The position numbers and the translations under genes are program-made. The notes beneath the pieces were generated by a model, which saw nothing but the letters and a program-made list of their open reading frames with translations, did not search any database and was not told the DNA's origin. A DNA stretch of 64,000 bases. Source: Hormiphora californensis. Lineage: Eukaryota; Animalia; Ctenophora. Location of the stretch: the NCBI GenBank assembly GCA_020137815.1, contig CM035356.1, forward strand, positions 1,736,001 to 1,800,000, written 5' to 3'. Positions 24,318 to 37,084 of the stretch are shown here, in pieces. Positions within the stretch are counted from its first letter, which is position 1; every line of letters begins with the position of its first letter.

Positions 24318-25525
24318 TGCACTTCCTCAAACTGTACTTGGGTGTGGTAAGCGGTGCCATGCTATTAACAATAGTATTATTATGATTGGGTTATGAATAA
24401 TATGATGATTGATGTCGTGCTTTTAATTCTTAGGAAACCCTGTGCAACAAGTGAGTTAACTTTAAGCCTTCACCTTTGGTTAAGTTGAGTTCTTTGTATG
24501 CCTATTTTAAGTTTAAAAGTTTATTAATAAACGACTTTGTTATTTTAGTCCGAAAGTCGGATTTAAAAAAGTTAAACTGTCCCCTTGGAGTTGGTGTGAC
24601 ACGCAAATAAATAAATTGTTGATCGCGGCGCGTATCAAAGTTCAAACTAACGCCGCGCGAAGCGAAATAAAATAAAAAAATAAAATCGGGTTTTTATTTC
24701 ACTGGGCGCGATTATAATTTGGAATGCGCTGCAGCCCCCTCATGCGCGCACCCCCGCAACGAGGGGACTGGAGGGAATGCCGCGCGCGCGTTTGGCCTGA
24801 GCCCGGCTGGGTCGAAAATAACTTTGCGGTCGAAAAAACGGCGGTGCTTATAACTTCGGCCCCTGAAGTCCGTTTTGCTTGATTCTTTCACTAGCTGTTA
24901 GATCTGACAATTATCTACCTTGCTGTTTTTGAGAGAAGTTAATTGGACTTGAGGAGGCTGAGCAATAGCCGTTCAAAGATTGGTTGTTTTCAAAAAGTGA
25001 CGTCACAGGTCCCTGCAGGGACACTTTGTTTCAAATTTGAATTAAAATCTCGAATTTTTTTATTTTACCGCACTCGATTTTGCGGAGTTTGGTTCATATC
25101 TCCTGTTTCTGATAAGATAGAGACCTGAAACCGGTTGCATTTGAAAGCTGTTATCTTCCTCTTTCCAACGCTACCAAAACGATTTCTGTACCTTATCTGG
25201 AACCGGAGATATGATTGATTATGTATTCCCCCCTAGCGCGGTATTCCCTCCAGGCCCCTTATATTATATTATAAGGGGCCTGCAACGTATGCCAAGATTA
25301 TAATCTGGGTGCCTTGCAGCGTGTTTACAGGTGCGCGCTGCCAAAAAAGTACACCTACAACCACTAAGACCGACTTTTTTCAAACGGCTATAGGGATCCC
25401 TAAAAAAGTTCAGTATTTACACAGAGTTTACACAGTCTTTACACAGTCGTTACACCCAGAGCGCCCGCGCCGCTCTGGTGTAAGACTGCGTCTTTCGCAC
25501 TCGATTTGCAGCGTTTTCGGAAACT

Positions 25526-28111
25526 TTGGTTCCCTGGCTATGCCTGGACTTTCATTCATGCTGGTGTAAGCACAGAATTATACTTCATTGTTTTGTTCAA
25601 ACTTTTTTGTTTTTGCGGGGAAGGAGGGTCGAACAAGGCAGATACTTCAGACTCTCCCGCATTTTGACTAATTCCGGGAATTAGTCAATATGTGGGAATT
25701 CGAGAATTTCCCCGTTAATTTATGATTGGACCGCTCACACACAACTGATTGTTATAGTTTCTATTTAATTAATTTAATTGGAAACTTTCCAATGCCTCTC
25801 TCCTCAGCTGTATGTCACATCTCGGTTGGAAGTTTATTGCAGTTTCACCAAACACCAGTCCCTCTGTGTTTTATGGTGTGCAGAGGGCAGTCCTCTCACA
25901 GTCCTCTCACGCACTGACTAGCGACTTGTCGGAGCAAGGAGAGGAAACATGAAGATCATGTGTGTCACAGAACTCTTTTCGATAGGGACTTTGTACTTGT
26001 AACAGATTAGTATAATAGTAGACTCGTACATAAAGGTATTTGTAAATATTTAATTACTTTTTGACTGTTTTAACTCCGACTTTTCCATTCATGAGATATG
26101 ATGTGCTATATTGGATAGGACCTATCGTCCTAATACAGGTGGCAGGCACAATGTGCATGTCAATTGAACTCGCCCTTTCTAAAATTATAGTCATCTCTCG
26201 ACAACTGAACGTTGTATTTGGGGAAATTGGTTGGGGGCCCACAATACACTTTGTATTACTTGTACTAAGTTGGGTTACGAAATAACCCCTCCGGACCTTC
26301 GTGCACTGGCAAGGGAGGGGTTAGTTACTACCGTGTGCGGCAAAAAAGGCCCCCCCTAGACCACCATAGTTGCCGATGTGGTGGAGAGCTGTAACTTGGC
26401 AGGGTTGCTCCACTATGTCTATCTTGATCCTGACAGAAAAATCAGAGCTCTAGCTCAAAATTCATTTTCATGAACGGAATGAACTTCTCCGTTCCTTCGA
26501 TATGAGACCCCCTCATCATTCAGAATTTTTTGCCCGTCTTTGGCTAACGATTATCTTTGTAATGAGACCAATTTGAGCATAATCTGATTACCAGGAGAGA
26601 CACAGTGGAGGGTTTTCCGACCGTCACTCCTGACATGTGATCCAGGCCCGGTCACGTGGTGAAAAGTGGGTTTGGGGTGCTGTTAACATGTCTCAATAAC
26701 GGATTATTGCTCTCATATCCCTTGAATATCCCTCCACAATGCTCTCAAGTCACTTTGTGATGCTGATTGATTGGGTTCATGTCACCAGTTCTTGTCAAAG
26801 TTCTCAAGCGGCCCGTTATACGAGATCATTTCATCAAGGAGGGGCCATCTTGTGTCACTAATCAGCCTATCATCTCACATTACACTAGCCAAGGGATCTG
26901 GGGTATTTAAATCTTCAAATGTTCATCAAAATCATTCCCAATCGTTACTTGCAATGCATTTTACACCCGCAGATGTCGCCAGTCTAATCGCTCTCCTGCG
27001 GGTGGACTGGATTGGTGTTGTCTGTGTGTCTCTCAGTACTGCTGTTGTGGAAGCAGGACCTGTAGCAGACTTCCTCCTTCCGGATCGTCCAGGATTGTTG
27101 TTCTGGCTCAAGAAGGAAACCAACACCCTCTACCCCACCATCGAACAGGAGTTCTTTATCAAGTTTGGCCGCCATGCCCCATCCAAGAAGTCCTGCAGAA
27201 AGATCCATCGGACAGTTTCAGACGAGGGCCACTCCAAAACACAACAATCCTGGACGATCCGGAAGGAGGAAGTCTGCTACAGGTCCTGCTTCCACAACAG
27301 CAGTACTGAGAGACACACAGACAACACCAATCCAGTCCACCCGCAGGAGAGCGATTAGACTGGCGACATCTGCGGGTGTAAAATGCATTGCAAGTAACGA
27401 TTGGGAATGATTTTGATGAACATTTGAAGATTTAAATACCCCAGATCCCTTGGCTAGTGTAATGTGAGATGATAGGCTGATTAGTGACACAAGATGGCCC
27501 CTCCTTGATGAAATGATCTCGTATAACGGGCCGCTTGAGAACTTTGACAAGAACTGGTGACATGAACCCAATCAATCAGCATCACAAAGTGACTTGAGAG
27601 CATTGTGGAGGGATATTCAAGGGATATGAGAGCAATAATCCGTTATTGAGACATGTTAACAGCACCCCAAACCCACTTTTCACCACGTGACCGGGCCTGG
27701 ATCACATGTCAGGAGTGACGGTCGGAAAACCCTCCACTGTGTCTCTCCTGGTAATCAGATTATGCTCAAATTGGTCTCATTACAAAGATAATCGTTAGCC
27801 AAAGACGGGCAAAAAATTCTGAATGATGAGGGGGTCTCATATCGAAGGAACGGAGAAGTTCATTCCGTTCATGAAAATGAATTTTGAGCTAGAGCTCTGA
27901 TTTTTCTGTCAGGATCAAGATAGACATAGTGGAGCAACCCTGCCAAGTTACAGCTCTCCACCACATCGGCAACTATGGTGGTCTAGGGGGGGCCTTTTTT
28001 TTGCCGCACACGTTACTTGTATCGCATCGATCAGCTCACGGGAATAGGATCGATACAACGAAATACTTCCTGCCATAAATATCCTCATGCTTGTTGTCAC
28101 CTGTCTGGCGC
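25526..28111 (+). repeat. Direct duplication of ~20395-22980 (CRBN 3' exons, UTR and Tc1 foldback)
   Basis: Near-identical sequence with a few 1-nt indels and substitutions. Confidence 0.9.
26331..28013. mobile_element. Second copy of the Tc1-derived foldback element
   Basis: Same termini, flanks and sequence as 21201-22883. Confidence 0.85.
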
Positions 28112-28321
28112 GCGCCTGACCTGCAATGCTGAAGCTTTGAGACCATGCAAGTGATCGGTATCTAGACTGCGTTATCATTGACTCAATAACTGTATCGATT
28201 AGGGGATATCGGGGCAGGGGCAAGGCGGCTGCAAGTGACGCTGATGAATATTTATATCGTATGGACTAATTCCACAATAATGTATTGATTCCATTGATTT
28301 CTACTGTATAATTTATTATAT

Positions 28322-29185
28322 ATTTAGAGCAAAAACTAATTGAAATTAGTTCGCCAGAAAGGTGGCCCATTTTGAACTTACTCCTTCATTTCCGTCACCT
28401 TTGAGTTGAGGCTTCAAAGACATTGAGGTATCCGTAAACTTTTCCGCCTTCAACTCAAAGGTGACGGAAATGAAGGAGTAAGTTCAAAATGGGCCATCTT
28501 TCTGGCGAACTAATTTCAATTAGTTTTTGCTCTAAATTTGTACTCTTTTTTGGTCGTTTGAGGTCATTTATGACCTCAAACAACTAAGATAATTTTCAAC
28601 TAAAGTGTTCATATGTAATTCAAATGTATCCTAGGTTGTAGGAAACTGATTTGACGAAATTTTCAAAATTCGACGTCGTTTTAACGTCGTGACGTCACAT
28701 GTGACGTCACGACGACGTAAAAAATTATGATAGACTATTTGGCCAATGAAGCACTAAACGTGTGGGAAGTTTTAAAGGCCATGGTAGTCAAGAACTGAAG
28801 TTATTGCACGAAATGTGAGTTTTTATGTGGATTTTCATATCAAGTTTTCGAGTTCCGACGCGTTTTAAGGTCTAAAAATGACAAGTTAGAGAAATTCGAG
28901 ATATAGTATCTGAAAGTTCAGACAATTTGCCACTAACGATTTTCCGTCAAATCAGGAATCAGAATACGTCTTGAGGGTGTTAGAGGCGTTTGAAAATATT
29001 TGGTCTGAGATTTTTCAATGACGTCACTTTGTGACGTCACTACGGTCGTAATAGTGAATATTTTGACCTGAAACCTTAACTAATGCATGCCCCGAACGAT
29101 TTCCTAACGGATAAAATTTGGTTCAAGTCTCTAGCTAGTATGGTTCGAGCTACAAGTGTTACACAGTGAAGCGTCTATATCTATA

Positions 29186-29216
<31 letters not shown>

Positions 29217-32200
29217 TTAGAGCAAAAACTAATTGAAATTAGTTCGCCAGAAAGGTGGCCCATTTTGAACTTACTCCTTTATTTCCGTCACCTTTGAGTT
29301 GAGGCTACAAAGACATTGAGGTATCCGTAAACTTTTCCGCCTTCAACTCAAAGGTGACGGAAATGAAGGAGTAAGTTCAAAATGGGCCACCTTTCTGGCG
29401 AACTAATTTCAATTAGTTTTTGCTCTAAATTTGAACTCTTTTTTGGTCGTTTGAGGTCATTTATGACCTCAAACAACTTAGCAAATTGTCAACTAAAGTG
29501 TTCAAATGTAATTCAAATATATCCTGGGTTGTAGGAAACTGATTTGACGAAATTTTCAAAATTAGACGTCGTTTTGACGTCGTGACGTCACACGTGACGT
29601 CACAAATGACGTCGAAAATTATTACAGACTATTAGGCCTATGAAGCACTAAAAGTGTGGAAAGTTTTAAAGGGCATGGTAGTCAAGAACTGAAGTTATTG
29701 CACTAAATGTGAACTTTTATGTGGATTCTAACATCAAATTTTTGAGTTCCGACGCGTTTTAAGGTCTGAAAATGACACGTTACAGAAATTCCCGATATAG
29801 TATCTGAAAGTTCAGACAATTTGCCACTAACGATTTTCCGTCAAATCAGGAATCAGAATACTTCTTGAGGGTGCTAGAGGCGTTTGAAAATATATGGTCT
29901 GATATTTTTCAATGACGTCACTTTGTGACGTCATTACGCCCGTCTTAGTGAACATTTTCACTTGAAACCTTAACTAATACATGCCCCGAACGATTTGCTA
30001 ACGGATAAAACTTGATTCAAGTCTCTAGCTAGTATGGTTCGGGCTACAAGTGTTACACAGTGAAGCGTCTATATCTATATATATATATATATATATATTA
30101 TACCAAAACTAATTGAAATTAGTAGGCCGGAAAGGTTGCCCTATGATTTGAGCTACCTTTGCCACCGTAACATTCACGGGGTACAGACAGGGTATATAAC
30201 AGATGCTTCTTCTATCTTCAAAAGGGAATGTACTGGTGCCAAAGGTAGCTCAAATCATAGGGCAACCTTTCCGGCCTACTAATTTCAATTAGTTTTGGTA
30301 TAATTTGCATCATTTTTGGGATTTTTTATCCATTTAGATGTAGTAGAACAGGTAAGGAGAGGATGGAATCGCGAATTTGCAAAATTTTCATTTTTGACGT
30401 CATTTTGACGTCATAAAATGACGTCACGTCGTTATTACGTCATAATGATGACGTCATATCATCGGGATTACGTAGATGAAGATACTGACCAAGTTTGAGA
30501 TCGATTGGATGAGATTTGAGTCTGCTATGGCGAAAAAACCCATATCGTCATATCTATTTTTAAACAGTCATAACACTTTAGACGCGTTTTAAGACCCTTA
30601 TACGTCTGGTTTTGAAAATTCGCTATCAAGTTTCTGAAAGTTCAGACAATTCTCTTTCCATGATATAGCCTTCGATTTTCGATTAGAATCCGTCTTCAGG
30701 GTGTAAAATGAGCTCAAAGAATTTTAGTCAGAGTCTGAAAAATGACGACTTTAAGACGTTCTGTAGGACGTTCCTGGTGATGAAAAGGGACCTCACATCG
30801 ACTAATGCACACACATCCAGTAGATCTACCAGCTGTGAAAACGAGAAGTTTCTATCTCTTTTTGTTTGGCGTGAATATGGTTTATAAAAAGCGTCTCTCC
30901 TACGCGCGCGCGCGCGCGCGCATATGTGTTACACTGAATCTAGGGCAAATGGGACCTGTCTGTAACTTCAGTTCCAGATGAGATAGAGACTTGAAATTTT
31001 GAACTTAAGTTAATGACCCCGAGCCGGGTATACATTCCAAATTTCAAGTCAAACGGATGAATGGGAGCCATGCTATAGCCTTCTGAAATCTGAGTTTTCA
31101 GTCAAAACACCCATAAAACGTATAACTGCGTTTCTGGCGGCGCTTTGCTGTTTGGGGAGGGGGGATGGCAACCTTTGCGCTTGCCAGCGCAGTGATTAGA
31201 GCAAAAACTAATTGAAATTAGTTCGCCAGAAAGGTGGCCCATTTTGAACTTACTCTTTCATTTCCGTCACCTTTGAGTTGAGGCTTCAAAGACATTGAGG
31301 TATCCGTAAACTTTTCCGCCTTCAACTCAAAGGTGACGGAAATGAAAGAGTAAGTTCAAAATGGGCCACCTTTCTGGCGAACTAATTTCAATTAGTTTTT
31401 GCTCTAAATTTGTGCTCTTTTTTGGTCGTTTGAGGTCATTTATGACCTCAAACAACTAAGCTAATTGTCAACTAAAGTGTTCAAATGTAATTCAAATGTA
31501 TCCTGGGTTGTAGGAAACTGATTTGACGAAATTTTCAAAATTCGACGTCGTTTTGACGTCGTGACGTCACACGTGACGTCACGACGACGTAAAAAATTAT
31601 GACAGACTATTTAGTCAATGAAGCACTAAACGTGTGAAAAGTTTTAAAGGCAGCAGTAGTCAAGAACTGAAGTTATTGCACGAAATGTGAGTTTTTGTGT
31701 AGATTTAACATCAAATTTTTGAGTTCCGACGCGTTTTAAGGTCTAAAAATGACAAGTTAGAGAAAATCACTATATAGTATCTGAAAGTTCAGACAATTTA
31801 CCTCTAACGATTTTCCGTCAAATCAGGAATCAGAATACGTCTTGAGGGTGTTAGGGGCGTTTGAAAATATTTGGTCTGAGAATTTTCAATGAAGTCACTT
31901 TGTGACGTCATTACGGTCGTCATAGAGGACATTTTCACTCGAAACCTTAACTAATGCATGCCCCGAACGATTTGCTAACAGATAAAACTTGGTTCAAGTC
32001 GCTTACTAGTATGGTTCGGGCTACAAGTGTTACACAGTGAAGCGTCTATATATATATATCTATATATATATATACCTATCGCCACACTGAATTTTCTGTT
32101 TTGGGGGTGGTGTCATAACTTGCGACCTGAATGAGTTAGCTACTTGAAATTTTTACCGTCAGTAGAGGTCTATGTGAAGCTTCTTAGTACCAAATTTCAG

Positions 32201-32966
32201 CCTCCTAGGTCATCTGGTTCCGGAGTTAGGAGGGGTCGAAAAGTGCCAAAATGGGCTAAAACTTCAAAATTGTTATATCTACGCTGTTGGCAAGCGGGCC
32301 CACTTTTTCGGGAAAAGTTTTAGGGGGGAGGGGATGGGGCCACCTTTGCGCTTGCCAGCGCAGTGATATATATATACCTATCGCCACACTGAATTTTCTG
32401 TTTTGGGGGTGGTGTCATAACTTGCGACCGGAGTGAGCTAGCTACTTCAAATTTTTACCATCAGTAGAGGTCTATGGGAAGCTTCTAAGTTCCAAATTTC
32501 AGCCTCCTAGCTCATCTGGTTCCGGAGTTAGGAGAGGTCGAAAAGTGCCAAAATGAGCTAAAACTTCAAAATTGTTATATCTACGCTGTTGGCAAGCGGG
32601 CCCACTTTTTCGGGAAAAGTTTTTGGGGGGATGGGATGGGGCCACCTTTGCGCTTGCCAGCGCAGTGATATACCTATCGCCACACTGAATTTTCTGTTTT
32701 GGGGGTGGTGTCATAACTTGCGACCGGAATGAGCTAGCTATTTCAAATTTTTACCGTCAGTAGAGGTCTATGTGAAGCTTCTTAGTATCAAATTTCAGCC
32801 TCCTAGCTCATCTGGTTCCGGAGTTAGGAGGGGTCGAAAAGTTCCAAAATGGGCTAAAACTTCAAAATTGTTATATCTACGCTGTTGGCAAGCGGGCCCA
32901 CTTTTTCGGGAAAAGTTTTTGGGGGGATGGGATGGGGCCACCTTTGCGCTTGCCAGCGCAGTGATT
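28322..32966. repeat. Complex tandem array: four ~0.9-1.1 kb hairpin-bearing units plus three ~295-bp units
   Basis: Long units start at ~28322, 29215, 30098 (divergent) and 31196, mostly joined by TA/TCTA microsatellites. Short units start at ~32072, 32375 and 32671 and end in GCGCTTGCCAGCGCAGTGAT. Confidence 0.9.
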
Positions 32967-33506
32967 TTATTTTAAGGCCGATATTGGCCCCCCCCCCTTT
33001 TCAGCTTCGGTTAATAAGTTGGCATGCGCTGCAGACCCCAAGTGCGCGCGTTTTCCACGGCTTCTAGGGCCTGTAGCATAGGCCAAGTTAATAAGTTTTT
33101 CAAGAAAGTAAAAACGCTGCCTTATCCCGCAACCCGGGTGATAGTTGGTCAAAAAGCCCTTCCTTGAATAGCGCTACCTTATAGCTTATCCCACACTGTA
33201 TATGACAAGATGGCTGGCATGCGCTGTTAGCGTTAGGGCTGGGATTCGAGTTGTGGTTAGAAATTGCTTTGCCCGTTTGAGATAACCTAGACCTATCAAG
33301 TATCAGATAATCTTTGAAGAAGCCAAAACGGTTGAGTGGTTAATTAGTGGTTAGTGCAGGGTATTTTTGGCAGCACACACCTGTGAATAGGGCTTAAACA
33401 TCCAGATCGTAACGGAGCCCCAAGAGGTTGCCAGAGCCCAGAGCACAAACTTCCGCCCTTCCATAACCCAAATCGAGTGAAATATAGTTATTCTTCCCTA
33501 GCAACC

Positions 33507-34076
33507 ATGGCTGAAGAACTGAACGTTTTAAGCACCCGTTACGAGCTGGAGAACTGTTCAGACGAAGTGCTGGAGCGCAGTTTAACCTTCGTCTCCAGGG
33601 AAGTGGTCACTGAGTACATCTTCCACCTCCGCAAGGAGAATGCAGCTTTGAAAGCCATGCTGACAACATCCGTCCCACCACCCTCGGGCCCACCACCAGC
33701 GGGTGCTCCTATTATCTGCAGTGCCCCGCCACTTCTACCCGAGCTAGAGATCCCTGAAGATGAAATAAAGGCAGCCAACATGAAGTCCTCCCGTGCACAG
33801 ATCAAATTCACTGCTCACTTTACCAACCAATCCAATGGTCCCGTTAACCTCATCTGGAAAGATTACGAGGGGAAGGAAGTTCTTGTTCGGATGTACATTG
33901 AGCAGGAGGTGGTACACGGGGAGGCAACTTACCTGACGCATCCCTTTATTGTGAGAGATAGCGTTAAAAAGAAGTTGAAAAGGTTCAACTGTAATGGTGT
34001 TAAAGATATTGTGTTTGAGGGTCTGAATTTTGGGGTTGAGCACAACGGTTCTGTTATTGTTGAGATTGTCGATTAG
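33507..34076 (+). CDS. VHL beta-domain-containing protein, intronless
   Basis: KSS..AHFTNQSNGPVNLIWKDYEGKE..TYLTHPFIVRD aligns with VHL [35 protein letters not shown]. N-terminal helix and Pro-rich linker. The ATG is at 33507. Confidence 0.75.
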   Translation: MAEELNVLSTRYELENCSDEVLERSLTFVSREVVTEYIFHLRKENAALKAMLTTSVPPPSGPPPAGAPIICSAPPLLPELEIPEDEIKAANMKSSRAQIKFTAHFTNQSNGPVNLIWKDYEGKEVLVRMYIEQEVVHGEATYLTHPFIVRDSVKKKLKRFNCNGVKDIVFEGLNFGVEHNGSVIVEIVD

Positions 34077-34475
34077 GACCGGACTGCTCACTTACAATTC
34101 TGCTGCAAAAAATCTGTAGATTTACCGGACGTTAATTTACCGAAACCTCAATTTTCAGGACGAATGTTTTTCTCGAGGATTCTGGTTAATTGAGGTTTGG
34201 CTGTCCTTTTATTACAGTAGATAGGAAACCGGGGGGTTTAGATAATTCATTCCAGAGTGATTATTGAGAGTGATGACAGAGTTTTTTTGTTTGGCAATTG
34301 TTTGTTTATGTATAAATTTTCGCAGTGTACAGACTTGTTATTGACCAAACATTACTTATTATGCCAGTTAGATGTTTATGTTATTCAAAGTGTCTAAATT
34401 TGTCTACAAAAGTCAATATACCAGATCTACAGTATACTATCACACCTCCGTCCCTTGTAGGACAAGATCGTGAGA

Positions 34476-36812
34476 ATGGAGGACCCTGTATCTGACAAAG
34501 AAGATGATAGTGTCAAGGTTATTAGCTTATTAATTAATTTGCTAATTAATTAATTACCTGGGAAATTACCATTATCATTAAAAGGATTTACCACCCAAAT
34601 TCTTTATCAGGTTATTCAGGAGTGTCTGGATCTCTTTGTTCAGAAGGATAGTATTTGTGAAGCAAGTATCTTCAAAACGGTGAAGAAGTATTTCAATGCT
34701 GGGGGAACCCCTGAAGAGGTAAATCTCATCTTTCATTCATCCCCAAATACAGTATAGTAGACGTGCCGATTCGTGCTTTCATAAACTACAGTCCGAGCTT
34801 CTCCTCCAGTTTGTACACTCCACCAAAACCACCCAAACTACCCCCTCACAAACAAACAAACATCCAAACTACCCCCTCCCCAAATATGCAACCACCTAAA
34901 CTACTAAAAACCCTCACTCTCCCAAATATCCAGGTGGTGAGCACGTTAGCGGAGAACTTTCAGGGAATTGGGAACCTTGCCAGACAGCTAGTTCTCTGGT
35001 TAGAGTACTGCGGAGAGAACAGGGCTAACATAGAGCGGCTGGTTGAGGGCCATGTAAAGGATCTACTTCAGGAGAATTTTGATCCAAGGAAGGCGGATAC
35101 TATATTTTCTGAAGATGGTAAGAAAACAATTTCTCGTTTTGGAATAAGTCCAAAGTATTTGTTTACTTAGTCCTGCTGTAAAGAGGGCTTAATAAGATAT
35201 TTGTAAAGATGTGCTGTTAAAATGTTGAGTCGCCTGACACTGTGTGAACAATTCTACCAAAATGGAGCCCCCCCCCCTTTAGGTGAGCTACCCGGGTGGT
35301 TGGGAGAGATGATAAGTTACCCCACATGGCGGGCTCTCTTCTACAGTCTGGCTGATAAACACCCCGACTGTATCATGCTCAACTACACCATTAAACTCAT
35401 TAGTGATGCTGGCTTCACGGATGAGATCAGCAGTGTCAGTATGGCCTCCCAACAGATTGATGTGTTTTCGAGGATCCTGAAGACGAGTATAGCCACACTT
35501 CTCAAGTTTCGAGGGTCTAATCTTGATCCTATCATTACTGATCTAACTAAGCTGGTGAGTAACAAATTTGTATTTAAAGTGGGAGAGGATGAGGTTGAGG
35601 GAGATGGAGAGAGTGAGTGAGAGAGAGAGAGGTGTGTGTAAAGGGTAAAGGGTAACGAAGTTACACCACTTCCCATCTATTTCTGAACACGGTGTGTTTT
35701 TCACAGTTACCATAGCAACATTGAGAATTGTGGTACAACTCATTTCGATTTGCATTTATTTGTTCATACTGTTGTTTACTAAAACAGTGTGATTGTGAAC
35801 ATATATGGTTTCTAAATCTCAAGATGTATATCCCTTCTCAGGTGTGTAGCAGTAAGCATACTTATTTCTATACTGTGGCACTTCTCCATCAAGCCAGCAA
35901 AGATAGAGGAACTGGGTACAAACTGAGATTCCTTTTCCAGGTTTACAACACTTAAAATCATAAATTTACATAATGAATACTTTTATAAATTGATATGCTC
36001 TATCAAAAATAGTTGACCTAATTAATTATCGTTCAAATTCGTTATTGTAGGAGCTGGAGAGAAGAGCAAGAACAATGGGAAAGGACACGTGTTTCATTTC
36101 GCTTACCATGTGCGGTGCTGCTGCTTACCCTACCATCTTCCAAGGTACAAACAAACAAACAAACAAACAAACAAACAAACAAACAAACAAACAAACAAAC
36201 AAACAAACAAACAAACAAACAAACAAACAAACAAATAAACAAACAATAAAACAAACAAACAAACAAACAAACAAACAAACAAACAAACAAACAAAAACAC
36301 CAATCTATCGGTAACAAATACATTATTCATACTAATAGAAGTACAATTATGAGACAATGCTCATTGGTAACGAACTATTCCAATCATCATAGCTCCAGTC
36401 ATCATAACTCCAAGTATAATGACTCCTTGTAAATACCAAGTCAATTATCCGACCATTTATCTGCTTCTGACGCCTTGTCATTCTGCAGTCTGCCGATTGT
36501 TCATTTCTCACTCTTTAACATTTTCAAGTCTGAAGAAGGAGATTCATTTTCATGTATTTCTAAAGCACTTGTTATTTCCTCCTAGCGATGCTAGCACTGA
36601 ATCCCTGGTGTCCAATCCCACGCGTCGTTCAGATATCACCTGGGCCAGGATCATGTATAACCTGGCCTTCCTTCTGATTCCCACCAGAATGGGATCCTCA
36701 CAATCTCCCAGCTGATTATCACCAAGATGATCTTGTAGGAGCTGTTTCAAAGGGCTTGGCATACCTAGAGGAGAGATGTTGGGGAGATAGGGGTAGAGAG
36801 ACAAGGGTGAGT

Positions 36813-36897
<85 letters not shown>

Positions 36898-37008
36898 TAC
36901 GAAAGGAATTAAAATAGATGACGAGGAAGCTGCCGGAAAGAGTATGATCTTATCGTTAGATAACATACAAAGATGTTAGTAAGATTCCTTCTCTCTCTCT
37001 CTCTCCCT

Positions 37009-37084
<76 letters not shown>

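Noticed and set aside
24550-25525. GC-rich TE-like segment with a hairpin at 25251-25282
   Set aside because: Probably a non-autonomous element, but its termini and TSD could not be defined.
36042-36357. QTNK / CLFV repeat ORFs
   Set aside because: Translations of the (AAAC)n intronic microsatellite.
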